NCBI GenBank assembly: GCA_029210625.1
Contig: JARGFU010000001.1
Span: forward strand, 69,806 to 133,805
DNA length: 64,000 bases
Origin: Deltaproteobacteria bacterium
GTDB lineage: Bacteria > Myxococcota > Myxococcia > SLRQ01
Reading direction: 5' to 3'
Positions 44,991 through 58,478 of the stretch are shown here, piece after piece. Position 1 is the stretch's first letter, and the number at the start of each line of letters is the position of its first letter. A program made the translations under genes and the position numbers. The notes beneath the pieces were generated by a model. The model was not told where the DNA came from and made no database searches. It saw only the letters and a list, made by a program, of their open reading frames with translations.

Positions 44991-46073
44991 TCAGGGGCAG
45001 CGATCGGGCCGGCAGTCGACCTCCACCCGCCCCGAGAAGCGCATCTCTCCCATCACCACGTTGCGGGTGGTGTCGGTGGTCCCGGTGGCGGGATCGAAGT
45101 GGGAGAGCAGGATCGCGGCCGCCGACTCGATGTCCACGTCGCTCCCCGCACCCTCCGCCGGCCCCGAGTAGCGGAGCCGCGTGGGCGTGGTCACCCGGTA
45201 GATCGGATCGTCGGTCAGGTTCAGCGGCGTCCCCTCGTCGATGCCGACGAAGAGGTTGTAGGGCGCACCTCCGACCGTGACCTCGCCCACCGTCCCCGGC
45301 GGCACGAAGAAGCCGACCCAGGTGGCCTCGTCGGGCGCGGTGCCGCAGGCGCAGAAGGCCTGGACCCCCAGCGAGTCGGCCGGCGCGCCGGTGCTGGACT
45401 GGCTGGCGGGGTAGGTCTCGAGCTCGACCTGCTCCGTGAGGCAGACCCAGCGCCGCCCGGAGAGGACCAGGGTGACCGTATTGCCGATGCGCGCCGCGTC
45501 GGCGGGGTCGATGGTCAGCTCCTCGATCTCCTGGTCGGGGAAGACGGTCTCGGCGCCGACGGCCACGTCGAGGGTGCCCGCGCTGAGCACCCGCTCGTCA
45601 CCGCAGTCGCTGGTGAGGCGAAGCTCGTCGAAGGTCAGGCGCATCCGCCCTCCCACGGCGCCGACCTCCTGGACGGTGAGCTCACCGTCGTGGGCCGTCC
45701 AGCTGCGCGTCTCCGACTCCCGGAAGCGCACCCAGGGTCCGCGGCTGGAGGGGAAGAGGGCGTAGGAGAGGCGGTAGGTCCCGGGCGTCGTCCCCGCGGG
45801 CAGGTTCACCTGCAGCTTGGGGCCCAGGATCCGGTCGGGGACGGTCGCCGGCGAGCCCGCCTCCAGGAAGAGCTCGGTGTTCGGACCCAGCAGGTCCCGG
45901 GTCTGGTCGTGGACCGCGTAGGCCAGCTCCTCGAGGATCTCCACCGACTGCCCGTCGAGGGTGAAGCGCACGACGTTGGCGGCGGGGCCGTCACCGGGGC
46001 CATCGTCGGGGTGACCGAGGAGCCCACAGCCGGCCAGGCCGAGGGCGAAGACCCCCATCCATGCACGCTTCAT
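44991..46073 (-). CDS. Lipoprotein, unknown function
   Basis: Signal VFALGLAGC. 360 aa. Sits 4 nt downstream of gene 46078..47724 on the same strand. Confidence 0.6.
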   Translation of the reverse strand: MKRAWMGVFALGLAGCGLLGHPDDGPGDGPAANVVRFTLDGQSVEILEELAYAVHDQTRDLLGPNTELFLEAGSPATVPDRILGPKLQVNLPAGTTPGTYRLSYALFPSSRGPWVRFRESETRSWTAHDGELTVQEVGAVGGRMRLTFDELRLTSDCGDERVLSAGTLDVAVGAETVFPDQEIEELTIDPADAARIGNTVTLVLSGRRWVCLTEQVELETYPASQSSTGAPADSLGVQAFCACGTAPDEATWVGFFVPPGTVGEVTVGGAPYNLFVGIDEGTPLNLTDDPIYRVTTPTRLRYSGPAEGAGSDVDIESAAAILLSHFDPATGTTDTTRNVVMGEMRFSGRVEVDCRPDRCP

Positions 46074-46077
46074 CGCT

Positions 46078-47724
46078 TCAGACCTCCCAGATCAGACCCA
46101 GGCGCAGGGCCACCCCCTGGAGGGCCTGGAAAGGCGCCACCAGCGGGCGCTCCTCGTTCATGCCGCTGATCTGCGAGCGCACCTCCAGGTCGTGGAAGAC
46201 CCGGAAGAGGCGCAGGTCGATCAGGACCCCCAGGTGCCTGGTGAAGAGGAGCTCCACGCCGCCGCCCACCTCGAGGATGGGCGCGAGCGCGCTGTCGTCC
46301 TCCCGCACGTTCATCAGGCCGGCGATGGGGAGCGTGTCCCGGGGCTCGACCGGGACGAAGTGCTCGTCGCCCAGCAGCAGATCGAAGTAGCCCAGCCCCA
46401 GCCCCAGCCCCACGTGGGGCAGGACCAGGCCGTAGGCCCTGCGCCAGGCCACCAGCAGGATCCCCCGGTAGCTGTTGAGGGCCAGCTCGCTCTCCAGGCG
46501 GTTGTAGGCGGCCTGCCCGCTGTCGAGATCGCCCAGGAAGGAGAGCTTCGAAGAGGTCGAGGTCAGGGAGTCGAGCTCCAGGGCCACGCCCACCAGCACC
46601 ACCTCGGCCAGGGCGTGCTCGTAGGAGAGGCGCGCCGCGAAGGAGGGCGCCTGGATCATCGGCTCGACGCCGAGGGGCACGTAGAGCCCCGGACCGAGCG
46701 AGAGGGCGACGCGGCCCGGCTTGCGCCGCTGGGCCGCGCGCAGGGCCTCGAGGCTCCCGACCGCCAGGGGCTTGCCGAGCCCCTCACCCCGGGCCTCGGC
46801 CAGGAGGTTGAAGACCGCCGACTCCACCGCGGCCACCAGCCGGGCGTGGTCGCCCGAGAGCTGCTGCCGATCCCGGGCCCGCGCCCGGCCGCTGGCGCGA
46901 TCGAGGAGGGAGAGGGAGAGCAGGTGCTGGGAGCCGACCCTCCCCACCGAGCCCACCAGGAGGTGATCGGCCTCGGCGGCGCCGAGCAGGTCGAGATCGC
47001 AGTCCTCGCCGCAGCCCAGGAGCTGCTCGAGGGCGGCCCGATCCATCATCGCGGCCAGATCGTCCGGGGAGACCACCGTGATCTCGGGCAGCTTCTCCAG
47101 CTCGATCATCAGCACGTCGGTGAGCACCCGGGCGAGCTCGGGCTCGACCCCCTTCGCCGCGAGGCCGGAGAGGGCGATGCGCATGGCCCCCTTCGCCGGG
47201 GTCAGCGCGACCGCCTCGGCCGGCGCCGCGAGCAGCGGCCGCAGCAGGACCTCGGCCATCTCTCCGAGGAGGGCCGCGCGCTCCCCGGCGTCCTCGGGCA
47301 GGAAGCGCTGGGCCCGGGCGATCGCCTCGTGCGACTCGCGATCGAGGAGGCTCAGGGTGAGCGAGGGCCGTCCGTCCAGGCGCCCCAGGCGGCCGTGGAT
47401 CAGGCCGTCGATCTCGAGGGCCGTGAGGAGCTGCCCGGCGCACTCCCCGGTGTCACAGCCCAGGAGCTGATCGAGGGCGGCCCGCTCGGCCAGGGCCGTC
47501 AGCTCGGAGGGCGCGAGCACCTCGAGCCGGCCGGCGGCCCGCCCCCGCAGAGCCTCGACCAGGCCGTCGGTGAGCGTGGCCCTCAGCCCGGCCTCCTCGT
47601 CCGCGCCCGCCACCGGCCGCAGGCCGATCCGCGCCACGTCCGCGCTCGCCAGCCCGGGCAGGAGGAGCGCCACGGACAGGAGCGCCCTTCGGACCCATCC
47701 CCAACGATCCCCGGAGCGCCTCAT
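46078..47724 (-). CDS. Secreted/outer-membrane protein with duplicated N-terminal module and beta-rich C-terminal half
   Basis: Start at ATG 47724 (MRRSGDRWGWVRRALLSVALLLPGLASA); the track TTG start is 36 nt upstream. Two ~130-aa repeats each containing L(D/E)QLLGC...C...G.V.R.G...L.L.LLDR. C-terminal half has alternating hydrophobic pattern and a terminal aromatic (…GLIWEV). Confidence 0.6.
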   Translation of the reverse strand: MRRSGDRWGWVRRALLSVALLLPGLASADVARIGLRPVAGADEEAGLRATLTDGLVEALRGRAAGRLEVLAPSELTALAERAALDQLLGCDTGECAGQLLTALEIDGLIHGRLGRLDGRPSLTLSLLDRESHEAIARAQRFLPEDAGERAALLGEMAEVLLRPLLAAPAEAVALTPAKGAMRIALSGLAAKGVEPELARVLTDVLMIELEKLPEITVVSPDDLAAMMDRAALEQLLGCGEDCDLDLLGAAEADHLLVGSVGRVGSQHLLSLSLLDRASGRARARDRQQLSGDHARLVAAVESAVFNLLAEARGEGLGKPLAVGSLEALRAAQRRKPGRVALSLGPGLYVPLGVEPMIQAPSFAARLSYEHALAEVVLVGVALELDSLTSTSSKLSFLGDLDSGQAAYNRLESELALNSYRGILLVAWRRAYGLVLPHVGLGLGLGYFDLLLGDEHFVPVEPRDTLPIAGLMNVREDDSALAPILEVGGGVELLFTRHLGVLIDLRLFRVFHDLEVRSQISGMNEERPLVAPFQALQGVALRLGLIWEV

Positions 47725-47867
47725 GCGCCGCAAGCTAGCAGAGCGGCCGGGGAAGCCCAACGCGCCGGGTTCAGAGTCAGAGGCGGAAGAGGAGGAAGAG
47801 CCCTCCCCCGAAGAAGCCGAGGACGAAGAGCGACTCGCCGCTCCCGCTCACCCCTTCTCGCCTCGCG

Positions 47868-49397
47868 TCAGGGCACCGCGCAGGTGGTGTCGAAGACCCG
47901 GGGGACGAAGCCCGCCGGGAGCACCGGCCGGGTGGAGACCGAGAAGCGCTCGGGAGAGAAGAAGTCGTCGGTCCGGTAGGTCACGTCGACGAAGGCCACC
48001 GTGCCCGCGTCGGTGGGGAAGGCCGCCAGCTTGGCGAAGGCGCCGCCGCCCTGATCGTCGAGCCCCACCCGCAGGAAGGTCAGGCCGCCGTCGCCGCTCC
48101 ACCAGACCTCGGCGGCCTCGGCCTGGAGCCCCGCGCAGGTGGTGTCGACCCGGGCGTCGACCTGGGTGACGGCACCGAGGGGGGTGAGGGTGAAGGTGGG
48201 CGTCTCGGGCAAGCAGGCGTAGGCCGCGTCGGTGCCGAAGTGGTGATGGAACCAGGCGCGCTGGGCGCCCCGCGCCCGCAGATCGGCCCGGGCCTGGATC
48301 TCGGAAGGAGCGTCGATGCCGGGGACGCCGAGCGCGACCAGGCAGCCGTGGTCACCGTTGCCGATCAGCGTGCTGCGGCGGGAGGCATGATCGAAGGCAT
48401 CGTAGGTGGCGAAGTGAGCTGGCAGCGGGAAGAACTCGTCGCTGGAGCCGTTCACCATCCAGATCGCCGCGGTGGTCCCGGAGAGGAGGGCCTCGGCGTC
48501 GAGGGCCTCGACCAGGGCCAGCCACTCGGGCGAGCTGGTGTCGAGGCCGCCGCTCTCCAGCAGGTCGTGCTGCCAGGCGTTCGGGGACGCGACCGCCAGC
48601 TCCCAGCGCAGGGAGGCCGAGAGGGGCACCCCGGCCACGATGCGGTCGTCCACCCCCGAGGCGATGAGGGTCGCCACGCCGCCGGCCGAGTAGCCGGTGA
48701 AGCCCAGCCGGGTGGTGTCCACCTCGGGGCGCGTCGCCAGGCAGGTCAGCCCGCGCAGTCCGGCGACGGTGTGGGACCAGATCCAGCTGCCCCGGGGATC
48801 GGGGATCGTGTCGAAGAGCCGGCGGCCGCGCCGGGCGCTCGGCCCGAGGCCCTCGGAGGTGTTCTCGGGCACGGTGCCGCCGCCGGGCCCGGTGAAGGCC
48901 AGCACGAAGGTGCCCAGCAGGGCGGCCGGCCCGGTGGCGTTGTCCACCTCCGCGTACCCACCCAGGCCGTGGGCCTGCACCACGCCCGGGATCGCACCCG
49001 TGGCCGCCTGCGGGCGGGCGGCAAAGCCCCGGATGGTGATCGGCTGGAGCACGCCGTCGATGGACTCCCAGCTGGTGTAGGAGACGTCCCAGACCACGAG
49101 GGCCACCAGGTCCTTCACCGCCCGGCGCTCGTTCTCGAAGGTGCAGCCCGCGGTGCTCGCGTCCCGGATGGCGTCGAGGTCGAAGAAGGGCTCGGCGCCG
49201 CCGTCCGCGCCGCCGCCATCTGCTCCACCGCCGTCGAAGCCACCGTCAGCGCCCCCATCGCTGCCGGCGTCCATCCCGCCTCCGTCCAGGCCCGCGTCGA
49301 GGCTGGCGTCCGGCGTACCCCCATCCGGCCCCTCCGCCACGCCGTTGCCACAGGCGACGAGGAAGAGGCAGAAGAACCCGATCGCATGACGGATCAT
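47868..49397 (-). CDS. Secreted alpha/beta hydrolase (esterase/dienelactone-hydrolase-like) lipoprotein
   Basis: Signal FFCLFLVACG. GxSxG nucleophile elbow GYSAGG. Gly/Asp-rich N-terminal linker. Confidence 0.7.
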   Translation of the reverse strand: MIRHAIGFFCLFLVACGNGVAEGPDGGTPDASLDAGLDGGGMDAGSDGGADGGFDGGGADGGGADGGAEPFFDLDAIRDASTAGCTFENERRAVKDLVALVVWDVSYTSWESIDGVLQPITIRGFAARPQAATGAIPGVVQAHGLGGYAEVDNATGPAALLGTFVLAFTGPGGGTVPENTSEGLGPSARRGRRLFDTIPDPRGSWIWSHTVAGLRGLTCLATRPEVDTTRLGFTGYSAGGVATLIASGVDDRIVAGVPLSASLRWELAVASPNAWQHDLLESGGLDTSSPEWLALVEALDAEALLSGTTAAIWMVNGSSDEFFPLPAHFATYDAFDHASRRSTLIGNGDHGCLVALGVPGIDAPSEIQARADLRARGAQRAWFHHHFGTDAAYACLPETPTFTLTPLGAVTQVDARVDTTCAGLQAEAAEVWWSGDGGLTFLRVGLDDQGGGAFAKLAAFPTDAGTVAFVDVTYRTDDFFSPERFSVSTRPVLPAGFVPRVFDTTCAVP

Positions 49398-49516
49398 GAG
49401 CTGGACGCTAGCACCCGAGATCGAGGGGGGGGAGAGGCGCGAGCCTCTTTGCTCTCGCCCACCCGGGACCGCTAGACTTCGAGGGTTCGGCGGTCGATCC
49501 GTCGAAGGAGGGATTC

Positions 49517-50437
49517 ATGCCGAGGGTGTCTCACACGCTATTGCTCTCGCTCGTCCTCTGCGGGCTCGGCCTGCCCCGCGCGGCCGACGCCGAGGAGAAG
49601 GAGGAGCGCATCGCCATCGCCGTGACACCGATGGTGACGCGCGGCCCGATCGAACACACGGAGGTCGAGGGCCTCGAGCTGGTCCTGGCCGCCGCGCTCC
49701 AGAACGAGCCCCGGGTCAGGGCCATCATGCCCTCCGAGATCCAGACCCTCCTGGGCCTCGAGGCCCAGAAGCAGCTCATGGGCTGCGAGTCCGACTCCTC
49801 CTGTCTGGCCGAGATCGGCGGCGCGCTGGGCGCCCCCTACGTCCTCTCGTCGCAGGTCTCCCGGGTGGGCAGCACCTGGCTCCTGCAGCTCTCCATACTG
49901 GACGCCGCCGCCAGCGAGACCGTCCACCGGGCGACCCGCGAGACCGACGGCATCGACCCGCTGGTCAAGGCGATCAAGTCGGCCGTGGCCGAAATCCTGC
50001 CGAAGCTCCCCGAGCTGCAGAACGCCGCCGGTCCGCGGGCGGGCTCGGCGGCGACCACCCCCTCCCACGTGGTCGCGGCCCCGAACAAGGGCTCGAGGAC
50101 TCTCTTCTGGATCGGCCTGGGCACGGGCGTGGCGATGGTCGCCGCGGGCGGCGGCATCTGGGCGGTCAACGAGAGCACCATCGCCCGCCACAACGACGCC
50201 TCCCTCGCCCTGCAGTCGGGGACCGTGACCCAGCCCTCGGACTACCTGCTGGACTCGGAGGAGGCCCGCAGCGTGAAGGCCGGCCGCAACGTCGGTGTCC
50301 TCCTCACCGGGCTCGGGGCCGCCCTGATCGCCGCGGACGTCACCCTGGGCGCCCTGGGCGGCGGCAAGACGACCCAGGCCGCGATCGTGCCCCTCGAGGG
50401 CGGAGCCTATGCCACCCTGCGCTGGAGGCTGCCATGA
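49517..50437 (+). CDS. Secreted protein with the same LGC-module as 46078..47724, plus C-terminal TM segment
   Basis: Signal LLLSLVLCGLGLPRAADA. Module ...QKQLMGCESDSSCLAEIGGALGAPYVLSSQVSRVGSTWLLQLSILD. Hydrophobic helix near the C-terminus. Its stop overlaps the next gene start (ATGA). Confidence 0.6.
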   Translation: MPRVSHTLLLSLVLCGLGLPRAADAEEKEERIAIAVTPMVTRGPIEHTEVEGLELVLAAALQNEPRVRAIMPSEIQTLLGLEAQKQLMGCESDSSCLAEIGGALGAPYVLSSQVSRVGSTWLLQLSILDAAASETVHRATRETDGIDPLVKAIKSAVAEILPKLPELQNAAGPRAGSAATTPSHVVAAPNKGSRTLFWIGLGTGVAMVAAGGGIWAVNESTIARHNDASLALQSGTVTQPSDYLLDSEEARSVKAGRNVGVLLTGLGAALIAADVTLGALGGGKTTQAAIVPLEGGAYATLRWRLP

Positions 50438-52236
50438 GCGCTCACCGCGAGACCCCCTTCGCCCCGCTCCTGGGCGCGCTCGCCCTCGGGGCCATCGCCC
50501 TGATGGCCACCAGCTGCTGGGTCGACGACCACTACCGCTGCGACCCCACCGACGCCGGCGAGTACGCTCCCTGTGAGGCCTTCCAGGTCTGCACCCCCCG
50601 GGGCATCTGCGCCTACGTCTGCGGACCCGAGCACCCGGAGGGCGCCGGCGACTGCGGCGCCAGTGTGGGCAGCAACGAGGTCTGCGGGCCCGAGGGCTAC
50701 TGCATCCTCGCCACGGGTGACGGGGGCAGTGACGACGGCGGCGCCCCCGACGGCGGTGCCCCCGACGGCGGTGCCCCCGACGGCGGTGCCCCCGACGGCG
50801 GTGCCCCCGACGGCGGTGATACCGATGGAGGAGAAACCGACGGCGGCGGCTCCGATGGCGGCCCCCCGGAGACCTGCGGCGACGGCATCCAGAATCAGGA
50901 CGAGACCGGCGTCGACTGCGGCGGGGTCTGCCCACCCTGCGGCACGGAGACCTGCGACGACGGCGTCCGGAACCAGGACGAGACCGACGTCGACTGCGGT
51001 GGCGTCTGCCTGCCCTGCGCCGGCTCGCCCTGCGACCTGAGCACCGGGTGCAGCGAGGGTTCCTTCTGCCTCTGCGACGGAGACGACTGCGCCCGGCCGG
51101 TCTGCCGGAGCATCCGGCGGGTCCCCTTCGGGGGCTCGGTCCTGCGGGCCACCCTGAGCGTGGATCCGGACACCTCCGCCACGATCAGCGGCCACTGGGC
51201 GGCGGACATCGTCTACGAGTACGACCAGAACAACCGCAGGGTCGACGCCTGGCTCGCCGAGGAGCAGTGGTCCACGCCCTACCTCCTCGCCGATGCGACC
51301 GAGCTCCACGCCGACGGTGCCTTCCCCACCCTCACCCGGGACGGCGGCGACAACCTGCAGGTGGGCTACCTCGTCGGGGGCACCAGCGACCCCTTCCTCG
51401 CCCTCCAGACCTTCGACAACATCTGGATCCCGACGCGCTTCTGCCCCTCCACGCCCATCGGAGAGGTCGCCCGGGGCCCCCGGATCGCCCACGACCCGGT
51501 CGGCGGAAACACCCTGGCCTCCTTCGCCGGGAACCCGAACAACACGGTCTACGCCGGCTTCTGCGACGCCGCCGAGACCTGGTCGCCGATCTACACCGGT
51601 CTCGTGAACACGCCGGGCACGCCGCCCCGCACCTACCTCACCGTGAACCCGACCACCGGCGCCCACCACCTGACCCACCTCATGGACCTCGGGGGGGCAG
51701 GCGGGCTCTACTACCACACCGACGCCGACCCCGCGCCGGCCTCCCAGTCGGGCAACATCCCCGCGATGGACATCCCCGCGGACCTCCCCCTCGCGCCGCA
51801 CACCCCGGTGGCCGTCGACGGCAACGGGGAGGTCTTCGTCGCCTACCGGATCGACAACGGGACGATTCCGAACCAGATCGACCTGAAGATCGCCCACGCT
51901 CACCCCGCCGACACGAGCTGGAGCGACACCCGGATCTTCGGCTCCGTCGATCCGGTCCTCGGTGGAACCGAGCCCGGCCTCGGAGTGGACATCGAGGTCT
52001 CGGCCAACGGCTCCCTCCACCTCGCCTACCGCGACACCGCCTGGAACGGGGTGGTCTACGCCCGGCAGCTGCAGCCCGACACCACCAACTTCCAGTACTA
52101 CGTCCTCGGGGTCTTCGAGATCCCGCCGGATCCGACCATCGAGCTCGAGCTGGATCCCGACGGCTACCCCCACATCATCTTCGTGGGGAACGCCACCGAC
52201 AGCTACCCGGCCGAGTACTTCTACATCGGCCCCTAG
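50434..52236 (+). CDS. Secreted Cys-rich protein with GAPDGG repeats and duplicated CGDG..QDETxVDCGGVCxPC modules
   Basis: ATG at 50434 overlaps the upstream stop. Signal LGALALGAIALMATSC. GAPDGG x5. Two copies of CGDG(I/V)(Q/R)NQDET(G/D)VDCGGVC(P/L)PC. C-terminal ~380 aa beta-rich domain. Track ORF 49396..52236 is upstream read-through. Confidence 0.65.
   Translation: MSAHRETPFAPLLGALALGAIALMATSCWVDDHYRCDPTDAGEYAPCEAFQVCTPRGICAYVCGPEHPEGAGDCGASVGSNEVCGPEGYCILATGDGGSDDGGAPDGGAPDGGAPDGGAPDGGAPDGGDTDGGETDGGGSDGGPPETCGDGIQNQDETGVDCGGVCPPCGTETCDDGVRNQDETDVDCGGVCLPCAGSPCDLSTGCSEGSFCLCDGDDCARPVCRSIRRVPFGGSVLRATLSVDPDTSATISGHWAADIVYEYDQNNRRVDAWLAEEQWSTPYLLADATELHADGAFPTLTRDGGDNLQVGYLVGGTSDPFLALQTFDNIWIPTRFCPSTPIGEVARGPRIAHDPVGGNTLASFAGNPNNTVYAGFCDAAETWSPIYTGLVNTPGTPPRTYLTVNPTTGAHHLTHLMDLGGAGGLYYHTDADPAPASQSGNIPAMDIPADLPLAPHTPVAVDGNGEVFVAYRIDNGTIPNQIDLKIAHAHPADTSWSDTRIFGSVDPVLGGTEPGLGVDIEVSANGSLHLAYRDTAWNGVVYARQLQPDTTNFQYYVLGVFEIPPDPTIELELDPDGYPHIIFVGNATDSYPAEYFYIGP
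50735..50818 (+). repeat. Near-perfect 15-nt tandem repeat (gacggcggtgccccc, about five and a half copies) encoding GAPDG
   Basis: Read directly from sequence at 50735-50818. Confidence 0.8.
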
Positions 52237-52853
52237 GGCGCTCGCGCCACCACGGTGTTGAAGTCCGGGTAGAGATCGAGGGTCTCGCCCCCGGTGAAGC
52301 CGGCGGCCTCCAGCTCGGCCAGGAGGGTCCCGGCCGTCGCGCGGATCTCCCGAGGGGGGCCGCGCTCGATCACGGCATCGGGGGACCAGTCGCAGATCAC
52401 GATCCGGGCGCCGGGCGCGCAGACCGCCTTCACCGAGGCCAGGAAGCGCGGCCGGTCGTCGATCTCGTGGTGGAGGTTCATCATCAGGACCAGCGCGAAG
52501 GGCGCCTCGACCTCGGGGAAGGCGGCCGGGTCCTCCGAGGGGACCTCCAGCAGCTCGAGCCGCCCGGCCAGCCCCCGCTCCATGGCCCGCCCGTAGAGCA
52601 CGCCCAGCATCCGGGGCTCGACGTCCAGGGCGGCCAGCCGGGCCTCACCGAAGCGCTCGAGGAGCGGCAGGGCGAAGGTGCCGGTGCCGGCGCCGACGTC
52701 GAGGATCCGGGCAGGGGTGCCACCGGCGGCGAGGTGCTCGATCAGCACCGCGGGGTTCTGGAACTCCATCCGCTCCGGGCCGTCGAGCTTCGCGACCTGG
52801 GAGAACCTGAAGCGGTGCTCACCGTGAGCGTGGTCGTGCTTGTGATCGTGCAT
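52233..52853 (-). CDS. Class I SAM-dependent methyltransferase with His-rich N-terminus
   Basis: Start at ATG 52853 (MHDHKHDHAHGEH...). Motif I ILDVGAGTGTFALPL. 206 aa. The remainder of track ORF 52233..54821 is antisense read-through across acs. Confidence 0.75.
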   Translation of the reverse strand: MHDHKHDHAHGEHRFRFSQVAKLDGPERMEFQNPAVLIEHLAAGGTPARILDVGAGTGTFALPLLERFGEARLAALDVEPRMLGVLYGRAMERGLAGRLELLEVPSEDPAAFPEVEAPFALVLMMNLHHEIDDRPRFLASVKAVCAPGARIVICDWSPDAVIERGPPREIRATAGTLLAELEAAGFTGGETLDLYPDFNTVVARAP

Positions 52854-52901
52854 GGAAGGGGAGGCTAGACCTCGCCGGGCCCAGGCGCCACACTGACGAG
52901 G

Positions 52902-54833
<1,932 letters not shown>

Positions 54834-54837
54834 CGCG

Positions 54838-55392
54838 CTAGCGCCAGTCGAGGACCAGCAGGGTGGTCGTGTCTCCCCGCCAGCTCTCGGCGAAGAAGCG
54901 CGCCTCCACCCGCCCGGCGCCGGCCAGCTCCAGCAGGCGGGTGAAGAAGCCCATCGCCTGGGTCGCCGCGGCCTCCTCGGCCTTGGGCTCCATCCCGTAG
55001 CCGATGGCGAGGCGGATCTCCGTGTCGACCAGCTTCGTCGTCCGGAAGACCGTGAAGTCGAAGTAGCTGGCCTGATGGACCAGCAGCCTCATGAGCGACT
55101 CCCGGGGATCGCCGCGCACCAGCAGGGCCGGCGTCTTCTCCACGAGACTGTCGGCGGTCACCCGGCCCCAGAGGCGCACCTGCTCCAGGGCGTCGCCCGG
55201 GATCGTCTCCAGGAGGGCCAGCCCCAGCTGCTCCATCACGTCGAGGCGGTACCACTCGTCCGGGTCGATGGTGAGGCCGAGGTACTCGTGGTCCTCGGGG
55301 GCGAGGCGCTCGGACCAGTCGATGTCCTTGCGCGCCCGGAGCATCCGCACGTAGTCGACGAAGAGGATCCCCTTGACCTTCCGCTTCCCCAT
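54838..55392 (-). CDS. TIGR02265/DUF2378-like protein (second paralogue)
   Basis: Start at internal ATG 55392 (MGKRKVKGILFVDYVRMLRARK...). Its N-terminal pattern VKG..FV..L.Y(L/M)(K/R)A(K/R) is shared with gene 43260..43826. Confidence 0.55.
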   Translation of the reverse strand: MGKRKVKGILFVDYVRMLRARKDIDWSERLAPEDHEYLGLTIDPDEWYRLDVMEQLGLALLETIPGDALEQVRLWGRVTADSLVEKTPALLVRGDPRESLMRLLVHQASYFDFTVFRTTKLVDTEIRLAIGYGMEPKAEEAAATQAMGFFTRLLELAGAGRVEARFFAESWRGDTTTLLVLDWR

Positions 55393-55459
55393 GGGGGGAA
55401 GGAGAGACCACGAAGGGGGACCTCCGGGCAAGACCCGCGAGGGCGGGCCGACCGGGGGC

Positions 55460-56489
55460 TCAGCCGCGCTTGATGCTGCCGTCGCCGGCGACCGACCAGA
55501 GCTCGCCCGAGTAGATCAGCTCCTCGAGGGTGCCCTTGCCGGTCTTCTCGATCTGCTCCTCGATCTGCGCGGCCACGACCTGCTCGTAGGCCGGCTGCTC
55601 CACCGAGCGGAAGATGCCGATCGGGGTCGGGAAGTCGGGGGGCAGCATCTGGGCCAACATGAAGGCGAGGGTGGGGTTCTCCTCGGTGGGATCCCAGACG
55701 ATGCAGTCGTCCTCGGTGACGCCGTCGCCGAGGGCGACGACCTCGAGGCGGGTCCCGTTCATCCGGATGCCCTTGTCCCGGCCCTTACCGAAGACCAGCG
55801 GCTTGCCCGCCTCCAGGGTCAGGCCCTGCTCGTCCCGGACCGGCTTGTCGGTCATGAAGGTGTAGGCGCCGTCGTTGAAGATGTTGCAGTTCTGGTAGAC
55901 CTCGATGAAGGCCGAGCCCTCGTGCGCCGCCGCCGCGGCGACCACCTCGCGCAGGTGGGGCTGGAAGACGTCCACGCTCCGGGCCACGAAGGAGGCGCCG
56001 GCCCCCAGCACCAGGGCCAGGGGGTTGAAGGGGGTGTCCACCGAGCCGAAGGGGGTCGACTTGGTCTTCTTCCCCACCGGGCTGGTGGGGGAGTACTGCC
56101 CCTTGGTCAGGCCGTAGATCCGGTTGTTGAACATCACCACCTTCACCCCCACGTTGCGCCGCAGGAGGTGGATGAGGTGGTTGCCGCCGATGCTCATGGC
56201 GTCGCCGTCACCAGTGGCGACCCAGACCTGGAGGTCGGGCCTCGCCATCTTGACGCCGGTGGCGATCCCCGGCGCCCGGCCATGGATGCCGTGGAAGCCG
56301 TAGGTGTCCATGTAGTAGGGGAAGCGGCTCGAGCAGCCGATCCCCGAGACCACCACGAACTTCTCCTTGGGGACGCCCAGGGTGGGCAGGACCGTCTGGA
56401 TCGCCGAGAGGATGGCGTAGTCGCCACAGCCCGGGCACCAGCGGACCTCCTGGTCCGACTGGAAGTCCTTCTTCGTCAGCTTCACGACC

Positions 56490-56497
<8 letters not shown>
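55460..56497 (-). CDS. korB: 2-oxoglutarate:ferredoxin oxidoreductase, beta (TPP-binding) subunit
   Basis: WCPGCGDYAI. TPP motif GDGDAMSIGGNHL. Overlaps korA by 8 nt. Confidence 0.9.
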
Positions 56498-58367
<1,870 letters not shown>

Positions 58368-58478
58368 GGCCCTCTCTACCTGATGCCCCCGAAGCGAAGA
58401 TGGCAAGAAGGTAGGCCGATGAATCCCTGGAGCCAACGGATCCGGCGATCTTTTCGCATTCTCCGGGGGTACCGGCGG

